The translations under genes were made by a program, and so were the position numbers. From Callorhinchus milii (taxonomy: Eukaryota): a DNA stretch of 64,000 nucleotides. The notes under the pieces are model-generated. The model worked only from the letters and a program-made list of their open reading frames with translations, searched no databases and was not told the origin of the DNA. This document shows, piece by piece, positions 1-12,100 of the stretch. Position 1 is the stretch's first letter. Every line of letters starts with the position of its first letter. Where the stretch lies: assembly GCF_018977255.1 (NCBI RefSeq), contig NW_024704743.1:2854001-2918000 (forward strand), in the 5' to 3' direction.

Positions 1-63
1 GCAGTGTAAGTATATGTTAAGAGACCTGGAGCCCACAATTGTGTTTATTTTAGTCAACCAGTG

Positions 64-600
64 GCTGAGACATGCAGAAACTCATCACTATGCTCAAGGG
101 TATCCAAACCAGATAGAGTTCCATTCCACCTACACAGGAAACTACACTTTATATGGAGCGGAATGTGTACTCTCTCCCTGAAGAGGAGCCCCCTGCTTAT
201 CTAATTCTGGAGAGTATTAGGCGCAGGCTGGCAAGAGCTAAGACTTGGGGACCCAAGAGTGTGGGTTGAGGCAACTGCTGGGGTCTAACCAGCTAAAACT
301 GCACCACATGCCATCGAGAGCACTGTCTGGCAAGCTTTCCTGCTGCTTGTTCAGCTAGGACTACCCAAGCTGTTAAGAGTTTTGGCTTGCAGGATTAATG
401 GCTGAGTGGGATGATCCCCTGTCGCCAGTGACTGGTCTGCCCTTCCAGGTCCTGCTGATGAGCCAGGGTGACTGGGTTGTCATCAGCATTGCCATGGAGC
501 ACTGTAGACCCACCTGGCTCAGAACTGGACTAGAGATCGCCACAGAGAATTGACTTGATTCTGACATTCATCTTCAAGGATACTCCACTTACCTTCCCCT
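64..600. repeat. Unclassified ~500-bp interspersed repeat, copy 1
   Basis: Shared motifs ctaattccggagagtattaggcgcaggttggcaagagc and gtaactgctggagtctaaccagctaaaac recur at ~4250, 15200, 24750, 29640, 32120, 46300, 50555, 52990, 55045, 60030. Confidence 0.85.
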
Positions 601-2255
601 CCCTTGAGGATAGTCTTAACATTTTAGATTTCAAAACCTTCAATTCAGTTATAATTTTGAAGCTGCATTTCCTCCCAATGTGAAAGGTGCTTTTTAAATG
701 CAGGAACTATAATCATAATAAAGAACAGAAACAGCATCAATGCTGAGTCATACACTTTTGTTATATTCAACTCAGAGGTCACACAGCTAGTGTTCCTGGG
801 AACTCAAAAGACGTCACCTCCTTAGGAGTGAACATATTAAATACACTGTGGATAAAAATGCTAATAGGGACCAGGAGAGCACAGCTATTGGTACCGTTTG
901 CAAATGCAATTAAGCTGTACCAGAAATATAATAGAATTAAACGCTGACCTTTCTAGCTAAAATTTACATTTTCTAACAGAACTTTTATGTTCAGAACAGT
1001 GAAGGATTTCATCTAGTTGATGAGAAAGGTTTGCATCCCTTCCTCTCCCTCCCACCCGTGTAAGCATCAACCACCCCAAGGCCTATCCATAATGTGGACT
1101 AGTTAGAGCAACAATCTACTACTCTTCCCAGTTGGTCATCAGCCAAGACTTCTCTCCACCTCGGCCACAACACCCCCCTCTGCCCTCACACAAACAGCCA
1201 ACAAAACCCTTTCTTGTGCTTTTGTCACCTTCTATCCTCAACTTCTCAAATGCATTCCCCTCTAGTCTCTCCAGTTCCACCATCCATAGGGTCCAGCTCA
1301 TCCAAAATTGGCTATTCTTCTGCCACCTGTAGCCCCTCCCCCACTCACATACAAATCCCTTCACACCCAAGCACCTCCCTCTCTCTGATCTGTTCATACC
1401 CCTTCAGCTAACACAGCCCTGCTACCTCTGCACCACTGGTAACCAAGCCTTCACTCATTACTCATTATGTCTCAAATCTCTGGAACTTCTTACCTCACCT
1501 TCTATCCCTCCATCTTTAAATCTCACCTTAAAACCTACTTCCTGGTCACCCTCCCCTCCTGTTTCTTCAGCAACCAACCCCACCACTGTGATGCACTCAG
1601 AGACATTATCCTATGTGAAGGGTTCCAGACAAATACAACTTATGGTATTTATTCTTCAGTGTGAGAGGACTGAGGCGCAGGTTAGCCAGAGCCAAGGCCT
1701 GGGGAATTGGGGTTCATTAGTCAGACAAGCTTTTCTTCCGCTGATCTCCTAGCAGCACATAACCTGTGTAAGAATTCCAAGCCAGTAGTCTTCTTGGGCC
1801 TCAGGTCACATCCCGCGTGAGTATATAACATATGATTTAATACAAGGAGAAGCAGGCTAGCTGAACTAGATGGTATTCTTTTGTCTTCATATTCTAAAGG
1901 TTTGATGATTACTACAATGGTTATTTTTGATTGATGATCATATGAAATCCAGACATTACTAAATAGATTTATTTGCATATTAAATTTAAACTTTGTTACC
2001 TACACTCAATGTTTACACAACTTAGCTTGTATAATTAGAAAACATTTTTTTCCAATTCCATGGTTTGTTACAATATCAGGTTTGTTTTTTTTCACATAAA
2101 GTTTTATGTTCAGTTAAATTCTCATTTTGTACAATTTCATCTATTATTTTGCATTACACGATATTACTGGAAAATGCATACAAAGGCCAGGATTATGGTT
2201 CATCTGTTCTTCAGATGAGACGTCAAACCAAGGTCCCATGTGCCTGTTCAGGTGA

Positions 2256-2600
2256 ATAATAATAATCCTTGCATCTGATACAGAGCCTTATCATGTCTTC
2301 GAGACGTCTCAAAGCACTTCACAAAATATTCTGTAAAGCGTAGTGACTATTATATGGGTGAAACGTGACAGCCAATCGTACACAGCAGTGTCCCAAGAAC
2401 AATCGTGGATTGAGTGACCAAATTGTTATTTTCTTTGAAGGAATTATTACCCCTGAAAAGCAATTTGCCAATTGACTAACAAGTTGGTTTCTTACTTACT
2501 GCTAGGAAAGCAAAGCCGTGTATGTGGAGCAACAAAACTTGCTTAAGGTTTTGCCCTGACCCGCCCGGGAATCGAATCCGGGTCCTCTCACTTGCTAAAG
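2256..2600 (-). mobile_element. tRNA-derived SINE, same family
   Basis: aataataatccttgcatctgata tail; gggaatcgaatccgggt B-box. Confidence 0.8.
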
Positions 2601-3122
2601 ATTCCATGACAATGCTCGAGAAGAGTTTCTCCTCATGTCGCCCAAATAAAATTGGTCACTCACTTCATGGGACAGTGTGTGTGCAAATGACAATTTTCCT
2701 ACAAAATCAGTCACTGCACTTCACAAATTCTGTAACGCTCTATGGGACGTCCTCCTGATGTGAAAGGCTCTATGCTAAATGGAAGGATTATTAAGGATTA
2801 TTGTTATTCCTCAGTGTTCAACAATTCAACAAATAAACAAATTGATTTACAAAAATACAGGCAGTTAACAGGTCCTTCCAGGTAACATTTTCTTATGCAT
2901 TCTGAGTGCCACTGACAACCAACTGGGTTCGATAAATAGGTGAACCAAACATTATTTCAAATTACATCAGAGTAGGCTCCCATTTGTACAAATTAGAAAT
3001 ATATTCTTCTACTTAAAAATAGTATTGCAAAAATTGAAATAACAAGATTTTACTGCTTGGATGCATTACAAAATGTTACGCAGAAAAGAAAATTGTGAAG
3101 AATCCGCTGATGCTATGTTCGT

Positions 3123-3174
3123 TCATGGGAGTAAGAGATTCTCTAGAAGTTTGCATGAAGGCTTGAACAAGGCA
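3123..3174 (-). CDS. NCAPG2: NCAPG2 last coding exon, (R)[16 protein letters not shown]
   Basis: cag acceptor at 3177-3175; phase completes the CG of the previous exon; resembles human RFLYESSSRTLGELLNS*. Confidence 0.8.
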
Positions 3175-6100
3175 CTGCAACACAACAGAGGAACTTATTA
3201 TTCAAATCAAATGTAAATCAGATTTCAATCACCTTAACATAGCTCAGTAAGTTTGATTCCATTAACTTTGGTTGCACTGTGAGACAAAATGAAAAAGAGT
3301 AAATACTCTGCAACATTTTTCAAAACAATCAAAACTGTTCATTTTACTATCACATAAATATTCTTCCAAAGAGAATAAGAATAGAATTCTACAGAATGAT
3401 GTGACACAGAAACAGGCCATTCAGCCGCACAGTCCAGGCCGATGTTTATACTCCACAAAAGCCTTCATCCCTCTCTATCCACCTATGACCGGACATGCTG
3501 TTAAACTAACGCAGAGGGTAATTACAATTTGGCATTCTCTACCATTGTTGAGGTAGTCTATCAATTCTTTAAAGAGGGAATCAGAAAGATTTTTTAAAGT
3601 TTTTTTGAGCAACTTAAACAGAATTTATCTAAAGCCTGCTAAATGAGGACTCATGTTTTTACTGATAAAACGACATAATTTGCAGTGTTTTAAGACAATA
3701 ATAATAATCCTTGCATTTGATATAGCTCTTTTCACGTCTTCGAGACGTCTCAAAGTGCTTCATAGACTATACTGTAAAGTGAATTGACTGTATATTTGTG
3801 GGTGAAACGCGGCAGCCAATTGTGTGCAGCAGCGTCCCACAAACAGCAGTGGATTGAAATGACCAAACTATTATTGTTTTAAAGTAGACATCTTACTCCC
3901 AAATTTTGTGTTCTGTAATATACAGAAAGACAGATTTATACTAACAATATTCAATTGTGTTTTCCTATCAACGGTGACGTTACAATGCACAGGGAACAGC
4001 AAACTCCATTGATCAGATTATGAGTTGATGAGCTACAGTAGAGACAGTACTGACTGATGCAGGGGAATTAACCCAGTATATACATTGTATGTGTAGAATT
4101 TTCAGACTAGGATTCTATATGAAAATCTTCTGCAAATAAAAAGTGGGCTTTCTCTGAAACTATAATTTCCCCCCCAGCACAATTTGACTTTTTCCAGTAT
4201 GCCACTATAATCAATACTCCTTAATACTGTCCAATAATGTGCCTTTTTCCAGGTGTTCGACACATGCAGAATCCCATCACCATGCTTAAGAGTATTGAAA
4301 CCAAGATGAGAATTCCATGCATCCCACCCCACACATGGCAATCCCAGAGATGGATTGTTGGAATGGAATGCTCATTCTCTCTGAAGGGAGGGATGCTTCC
4401 TGCTAATCTAATTCCGGAAAGTATTAGGAGCAGGTTGGCAAGAGCTAAGGCTTGGGGGGAACCCCAGAGAATGCGTTTGAGGTAACAGTTGGAGTCTAAC
4501 CAGCTAAAACCACATAGTTTGCCATTGATATAGTTACCTGGTAAGCTTTCCTCCTGACAGACAGTGGTATCAATGGCAAGCTATGCGCTTTTAGATGGTT
4601 GGACTCCAGCAGTTACCCCAACACACACAAATCAAAAGAACACTGAATATTAAAACTATTTTCTTACGCTATTCAACATACCGTTCAATGTCACTGGATT
4701 CCATTTCATTATATTTTTGAAAATTTCTATGAATGATTGCTGCTGTGTCCTTTATTGCTGCTAGCTTCAGTTTACCTATACAAAAGAAGTTGCATTGTAC
4801 TGTTTGGTAAAATCAAGATCAGCAATGACTCAATATGAGATGTATAGGTTCATTCAGCTGCTTCAGCCAATAAACCCTCTGACTCACTTTAACCCCCTTC
4901 TTCTCTCCTCCACCAACCACAATATCAACAACAATCCATATGTAAAGATACAGTATACTGTATAATAATAATACTGTATCATCAGATCAAAATAGCACGA
5001 GGAAAACAAAAAATCACTTTACTGAAAATCTAGTGACAACACAGTCTGTGTGCATAATGCTGTATTCAAATATTTGTTATGCATTTCCATCTGTGGGACT
5101 GTTTGGTGTAATTTTATCCAAGGGCCAGAGTTAAAGGAATATTCATGGTTAAATATAACCATATATTCATTGGACAAAATGGTCCCAATTTCTGGGATTA
5201 GTGAAATGCAACCCACCCAGGCTTGCAGGTGAAGGTGTGGAGGATGGACAGGTAGTCTATAGATCTACTTGATTCCTGTGGTGGATTTAGGGAGAATAAA
5301 ATAAACTTTTGAATAGATATAAATGGGAGTGTAAAGAAAGTCAGTGAGGGGCTAGATATATGCATTGAACCTGGCCTGAACTGGCTTGATTGGTCTTTCT
5401 CAGCCTGCTCTTGAACAGATGTTAAATACAAAGAGTTGTAATGACTTGCTATTTATAAAGGGAACCCAATGTTCAGATTCCTGCTGGTATTCCTGGATGA
5501 TGTAACATTACAATTCTGACGTAATTTTCTTAGCAATGTGGAAAGACTTAATCATAACTTTTTCAGAGACCAATTATAATGGAGACAGATCAATATATAA
5601 CATACAACAATCTGTCTTCATTACAAAAACAAGCTTTTGTTAAGTCTTTCCAAACGGCAAAGCATATTAAGTCATAGAGAAATCTCTGAATAGGCTTTGA
5701 CAATGCCCGAGTGACTGTCAAAACAATATGAAAACTACATTTTGATAGTTCCATTTTGAAAAACTAAGATGTAGGCCTTTTTAATATGGAGGGAACACAT
5801 TTAGGGGAGACGAGCAAAATCCATCTCCAAATATAATCAGTCAGTACACTGGACAAATGTTGGGGACTGGCATTGAAATCTGAAATAAAATCTACTGGAC
5901 AAAGGTATTCACATTAATAGGGAGTAACCTAGTAGTAAGTACTTCCAGGCTCCACTTCAAAACTCAACACTTTGATGAGTTGACTCTTCAAAATTTTTTT
6001 GGGTGGGAACCAAACATATCAATACAAAATTAAAAAAAGTTGTAGTTTCTAAAATACATTTCTATTCTTGCATGTGTCACTAAGAATATATGCACTCACC

Positions 6101-9100
6101 ACTCCGGAGTATGAGAAGGATATGGAGAGCGGCCACCATCTGCACAACTTTTTGTATGGTTTCAGAATTGAGGCACTCTGTTAATTCATTTAGAAATGAT
6201 CTAAAAGGCAAACACTGATCATTCAAACTGATTCTGAAAGTTATTTAACATTTGTCCTATTACATGTTTTATGTCAATGCTGATCAGTCAACTATTTCAG
6301 TCACGTTCACACCAACACAAACTGTCAATGTCTGGAGAATTGTTCTTAGGCACTTCGAGCCTGACATCACCATACCAGAGGCCTGCAAATCTTATTTTGT
6401 CTTCACATTTAAGATTATGCAGAATTTTTNGTATAAAAAACAACTTCTTAAACAAGATTGTATATACATATTTTTCAAAATTCGGTATGATGTCCTATTT
6501 TAAGATAGTAGTTGAATGCCGAAGACCACAAGAAATCTTAATAATCCTTGGATTTGAGATAGCGTCTCAAAGCCTTTCACAGAATATACTGTAAAGTGAA
6601 TTGACTGTATATTTTGTGGGCAAATTGCGGCAGCCAATTGTTTCTTTACATTTTCTGTTCATGGTCTGAATAAATGCCACTCGGATTTCATTCCTGGTAA
6701 AACCAATACAAGCAGTAAATGGAATACAAGCAGTCCACTTAATGCCATCCCACAAATCCACACTAAAAGTTTCATTTCTTAAAATAGAAAAACAAAACAT
6801 CTATTCATATTCAAGCTGTAGTCGCTAAAGTTACCAGCTACATTGTGGTTATTTTACCTGATCAGACCAGGGAATTTCAGGACAACGGACATTAAGCAGC
6901 TTGAAAGTGATGGCAGGTCAGCCACGGTCTCAGGTGGAACGAGGTCTTGCAGATCAGATTTCTGAAATGACATTCCATTAGACAGAAAAGGCTTTGTAAC
7001 TTTATAATCAAGAGGAACAGCTGCAACCTACAATGCTTTTGACAACCGTGCAAAACAGAATTTTTATTTTTCTGTAATATTTTAAAGAAACTTAAACACT
7101 GAAGAACATTAAATAAATCTTTTCCTGAATAAAAAAAATCACTTTCTACTCAATCAAGTTGAAGACTCACAAACAACTCTCTTTAACCTCCAACTCTAGT
7201 TTCTCAGTATTTATAAACAACAACAAGATTATATTTGTATAGCGCCTTTCATGTCGGGAGGACGTCTGGACAGAGTACAGAAGAAAGGCATGTTGCAAAC
7301 CACTTTGTTCAGCGAAACAATTTTCTGAACTGCACCGAAGTAACACATGCACAAATGTGGTCAAGTCAAACAGATCCAGGGTTAAAAAGTTCTCCATTCA
7401 TTAAAGCAAGAATCCAAACGAATTTTCACGTAGCATGAACGTCTCAAAGAACTTCCCAATGACCACCAAAAAGAGGAAAAGAGGAAGAATTTGAGGTGTT
7501 GATCAAAGATCCATTGTAAGCCTAGCTCAGTTAGTAGCCCTCTTACCTCTCAAATTAACTGCCATGTCAATCTACAAAATACAGTCACTTCACTTTACGG
7601 ACTATCCTGTGAAGCACTTGGAGATATCCTCTTGATATAAAATATATATATGAATATATATCAATATGTAAGGATTATTGATTATTAAGAGTTTTAAGTC
7701 AAGGAAAAATATTGATTGGAAAGGAATTCAGTTAAGTACAGTGGCTTTACTATAAAATGACCAATTTCTATACCAGAAAAACCTGTGAAATTTGTTATGT
7801 AGAAGGATCTTCTCTCTCATCAGGTAACTTGTTTTTTAAGAAAATAAACTATTTCAGTAACAGACTGAACTGGCTTTATATACTTACACTTGAATTAACC
7901 TTCAGGCTGGATTCAAACTCGGGTCACAGAAATGAAAGAATAACGTTGAAACCAATTACACCAACCTCTCCATAACCCTTCAGTTTGCGATTGTGTTGGG
8001 ATTAGTGGGCTATTAATTGGAAAAAAAAACCTTGAAAAAAATTAAAGACTACTCTGCAGGGCGAATCGTGAAACTGAAAAATCATTCAAATGCAATTACT
8101 GGCAAAACAAATCAGCTATAAAATCACCATGTTCCATTATACTCCAGTGGCTCTGAGTGACTCATGCTGCCGAACTGAATTGACACAACACGGCAGAAGT
8201 AATTGCTCAATGTCTCTCCGACACGGCAGATAGGTGAGTTAATGCTGTAATGACATTTATTTCTTTAAACCTACCTTCTGTAGAGAATGAATGATTTCTG
8301 CCAATACAGCAGCCAACAGAGTTGAAAGCACTTCACGGTGAATTGCCTCATTGGCACCATGCCAGCACTGTATGGTATTAATGAATTCTCCAAGAGCAAA
8401 TTGAATAGACTGAAGAATCTTGATGGGAAAAAAAAGAAGTCAGTTCTATTATTGAATTGGATATTCACATTCCTGTATGAAATTTAAACAAAAATGTGCT
8501 ATAAAGTGCAAATATTGAAGCAGTTGCAACTCAAACATTGGGCTTGTATGTTAAACACAAGGCAAAACTGTAGGCAAGTTTCCTTATTCCACATGCCTGT
8601 TTACCTGGCAGTAAAAAGGAACCTGGATGTTAGTCGATTGGCGGATCACTTTCCGAGGGTCATAATCCCTCAAAAAAAATTACTCAATCCACAACTGTTT
8701 GTGGGATACTGCTGTGCGCAATTGGCTGCTGCGTTTTGCCCACAGAATATACAGTCACTACACTTTTACAGTATATTCTGTGAAGCGCTTTGAGATATCT
8801 CGAAGATGTGATAAGGTGCTATATCAATTGCAAGTATTATTATTAAATCCATAGAGGTTGGTCGGAATGTGAAATTCGGTGGCACAATCCAAAGTTGGAG
8901 CAGAAACCATAGTCTTTGAAAAGGGAGTCAGATAATTCTTGAAGTGAATATTAAACTGTATGGGCAGCGAGCAGGAGGGTGGATTCTAAGCATATGTTCG
9001 GAGTCAGACCAGTGCTCTGTACAAGTTAGCTATGCTTGACTTGTGCTCCATCCCTTCAGCTATACATCCAACAGTCTTGTTTTTTTTACTGTCCAATTGT

Positions 9101-12100
9101 TTCAGCTATTTATCCACTAGTACCCTCAATTTATTTTCTGTGTTGTGTTCTGCAGACCTCTCAGTAGTTTATGTTTCTTCCAATATCACATCATCCTATA
9201 TTTATGGATATTAAATTAAGTTTGTCATTTGTTAGCCAAACTCTCTAACGTATCCAGTTGCCTCCATTTTGGTCAGCTGAGCCTGGTGACTTGCAACTAC
9301 CCCAGTTTCCTATCTTCAGCAAACGTATCTCTATTTAGAGAACGTAAAGCGCAACAGCCCTGAACTGATCTCTGAGGTATCCACGTGGTAATTCAGCTCC
9401 ATGGCAAACTATCATTTCCTATGTTGTTGGTAAGTTTTGATCTATTTCAGAAGTTCCCCTTGTTCCATGCTTTCCAACCTTGTGGACAATTCTACTGTCT
9501 AGAACTGTAGTGAACTAAATTCTAAATATTTAATATCCACTAAGCACCCCTTTACCCACAAGTTCACTTGCTGGTCTCCCCAACTTCTCCCTCCACAGGC
9601 TGCAGATCATTCAGAACTCTCTGCAGCCCCAACCCCGCACCACCCCCATCACACAAGTCCTCATCAGGATGTACTGGCTCCCAATTTTCGAGCGGATCAA
9701 CTTCAAGATCCTCTCCTTCGTTTTCAAATCCCTTCATGCCCTCGTATCTGCCTACCTATCAGACTTGCTCAGCCCCCACGCCCCGCCTGCTGCCTCCATT
9801 CGGCCGGCTCCAGCCATTGCCCTGACGTGAAAAGCGCTATACAAATGTAATTTGTTATCTCTTCAAAGAATTCCAATAGATTAACCATGCATGACATTCC
9901 TCCCTTAAAACCATGTGACCGTCCTCTTATAATTCTATAGTTTTTCAGATAATTAATTACTCCCTTGTTCAGGATTCTTTCCACAATTCTGGCATTCTAG
10001 AAATAGAAAGCTACTTTTATGCAGCACCTATTAAAGGCATTTTAAATTATGCATAGAATCAATTATGGAGTACTGCAGCTTTAATACATTTCTATGAATC
10101 CTGCTCTTTACAAAATGATGCATTGAACAGAACTGTTCTGCATCAGAATAAAGAATCGGGGTCCATAGAAAATTAAATCAAGATCTAACAGCTAAATCCT
10201 AATTCATTAGGTAATTAAGCAGAACATTAGCTGAAGGGGCTCACTCCGTGCTACGAGGATTCTATGATACGATGAACAAACCTGCACAGCTTGATCTTGA
10301 TCCTTTCTTATTCTTCGTGCCAGAATTTCCAGAATTTTGTGGAAAACTTTCTGAACCATGTCAAGAATATCTTTAGTTTTTTCCTTGGTGTCGTCAGCGT
10401 TCTGGACCAGGCAGCCCATTGCGATCTCATTTAGGATGGACAATATTGTTGGCAAGCACAAGATCCCTTTCTCTGAATATAAGCCACAGATAATAGAACA
10501 AAAAAGTCACAATCAAGATTCTTAAAATAATATACACATAGTAATAGTATGGTCATAGTAATAGTTCACATAACATTCAATTGGAGAAAGTGTTCCTGAG
10601 ATGTTGAAACTAAAGGTTGCAATTTCAAATAAGAGTTCACTTGAATGGACTAAAGCTGAGCGCTGTGCTGATGGCAGCAAGTAAGTAACTGGGCCTGGCT
10701 CAGTGTCTGATTCACTGGCTAGCACAACACACAGGTTGAGTAACAATTTGGTGAATAATACTGAAAGAAGTTGTACAAAAATTGTGGCCGAGCACAACAG
10801 ACTTTTAATACAGAAGCTGAGAGTACTGGTGTGCAGCAAACCACAGGCTGAAAAGAGATCTGAATAATTGGGGAGCCTGAAGGTCTGAAAAGGCCAAACA
10901 AGCACAAAATACATAGGCAACAATTTGATATTGCTCAAATTTAAATCCTTTACTCAGCATTGTTGAGTTGTCAAGCTTTACAGTAAGTGATGAAAAACTA
11001 CTGAAACCAATGAGCTAGCCTGCTTCAAAGTAAGGCTGTTAATGAGCAGGGCTGAATAAAGATAAGCACTCAAATTTTGAGTTATCAGATTGGTCCCTTT
11101 GCTGACGTGATTTTTACCAGCAAGATGGAAGTTTTTCCATTTTATACTTTAAGATAGAAAAAAAACTTAAGATGCATTTTAACTCAAGGGAGATTTCCCC
11201 TATTTCCATGTTGATATCAATGTCAAGTCTTTATAATTGGCACATTCTAATTTGTATCCAGGGTAGAGAGAGGCCCATTAGTCTGTATAGCACCCTGTTA
11301 ATTCATCACTAGCAGGATACATACCTGGGATCAATTGAACAGATAAACTAAACTGCGAGTATGAAAATTCAGGGTAGATTGTCAGGCAGATGGAAACAAT
11401 AATTATGTAGACAGTACAAACTGTGGTGTTTCTGAACACATTCCATTCATTATTCAAAGAATTAGATTAAAATTATTTTGATATATCGCTCCTGAGGAAT
11501 TCTAAGCAATGTAGATCCAAATCTGGTTGAGTGTGAAGATTCACGCACTCTGATGCCAAGGATGGAACATAGGCTCTCAGGGTTTATTCATGGGCTGGCA
11601 TTTTAACTCGCATTGAGTTAAGACATCGTCTCTTGAATAAGCTAAGCACAGAAACCAAAATAGCACCCGCCGGTTTTTGCAATTAGATTTGTCTGTTAAC
11701 ATTATTGAGAAGTCTAGGTTGGGTGAGGGAGTATCTCCTTCCTTAAATAAGGAAGAAGGAATGTGTTAAGAAATACTTAAAAACATTTAATATGACATAG
11801 TCTAAGTTATGGGGAAACTATACAAGTCGTATAAAATGTGATTTAATGACTAATCTACACTATACACGCATAATTCAGTCGGTAAGTGTGCATGCGGTGA
11901 CAGATTAAGACGTCATTTCCTGTGATTCAATGCAGCCAGTAAGTGCGGCAATAATGGGGGNTTGGGGACCAGCGTTACGAGCTTGGAGGTGATTAATACA
12001 AGTAGGTCTTGATAGGAAACTTGATAGGAAACTGAATGGTGAATGTACAAATTAGGTGATTATATGATCTATAAAGGTTTATGCGAGTTTTACTGTTCAG

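Noticed and set aside
450..492. Hammerhead motif at ctgatgag in the ~500-bp repeat
   Set aside because: No GAAA after a stem II; tgctgatga/tcatcagca is just a short inverted repeat, and other copies read ccgatgag or ctgttgag
817..915. Possible minus-strand exon (cag...gtgac, LIAFANGTNSCALLVPISIF...)
   Set aside because: Splice-like signals are present but the peptide is unrecognised and has no partner exons in the window
1721..1978. 85-aa minus-strand ORF downstream of NCAPG2
   Set aside because: No recognisable homology and no supporting exon chain
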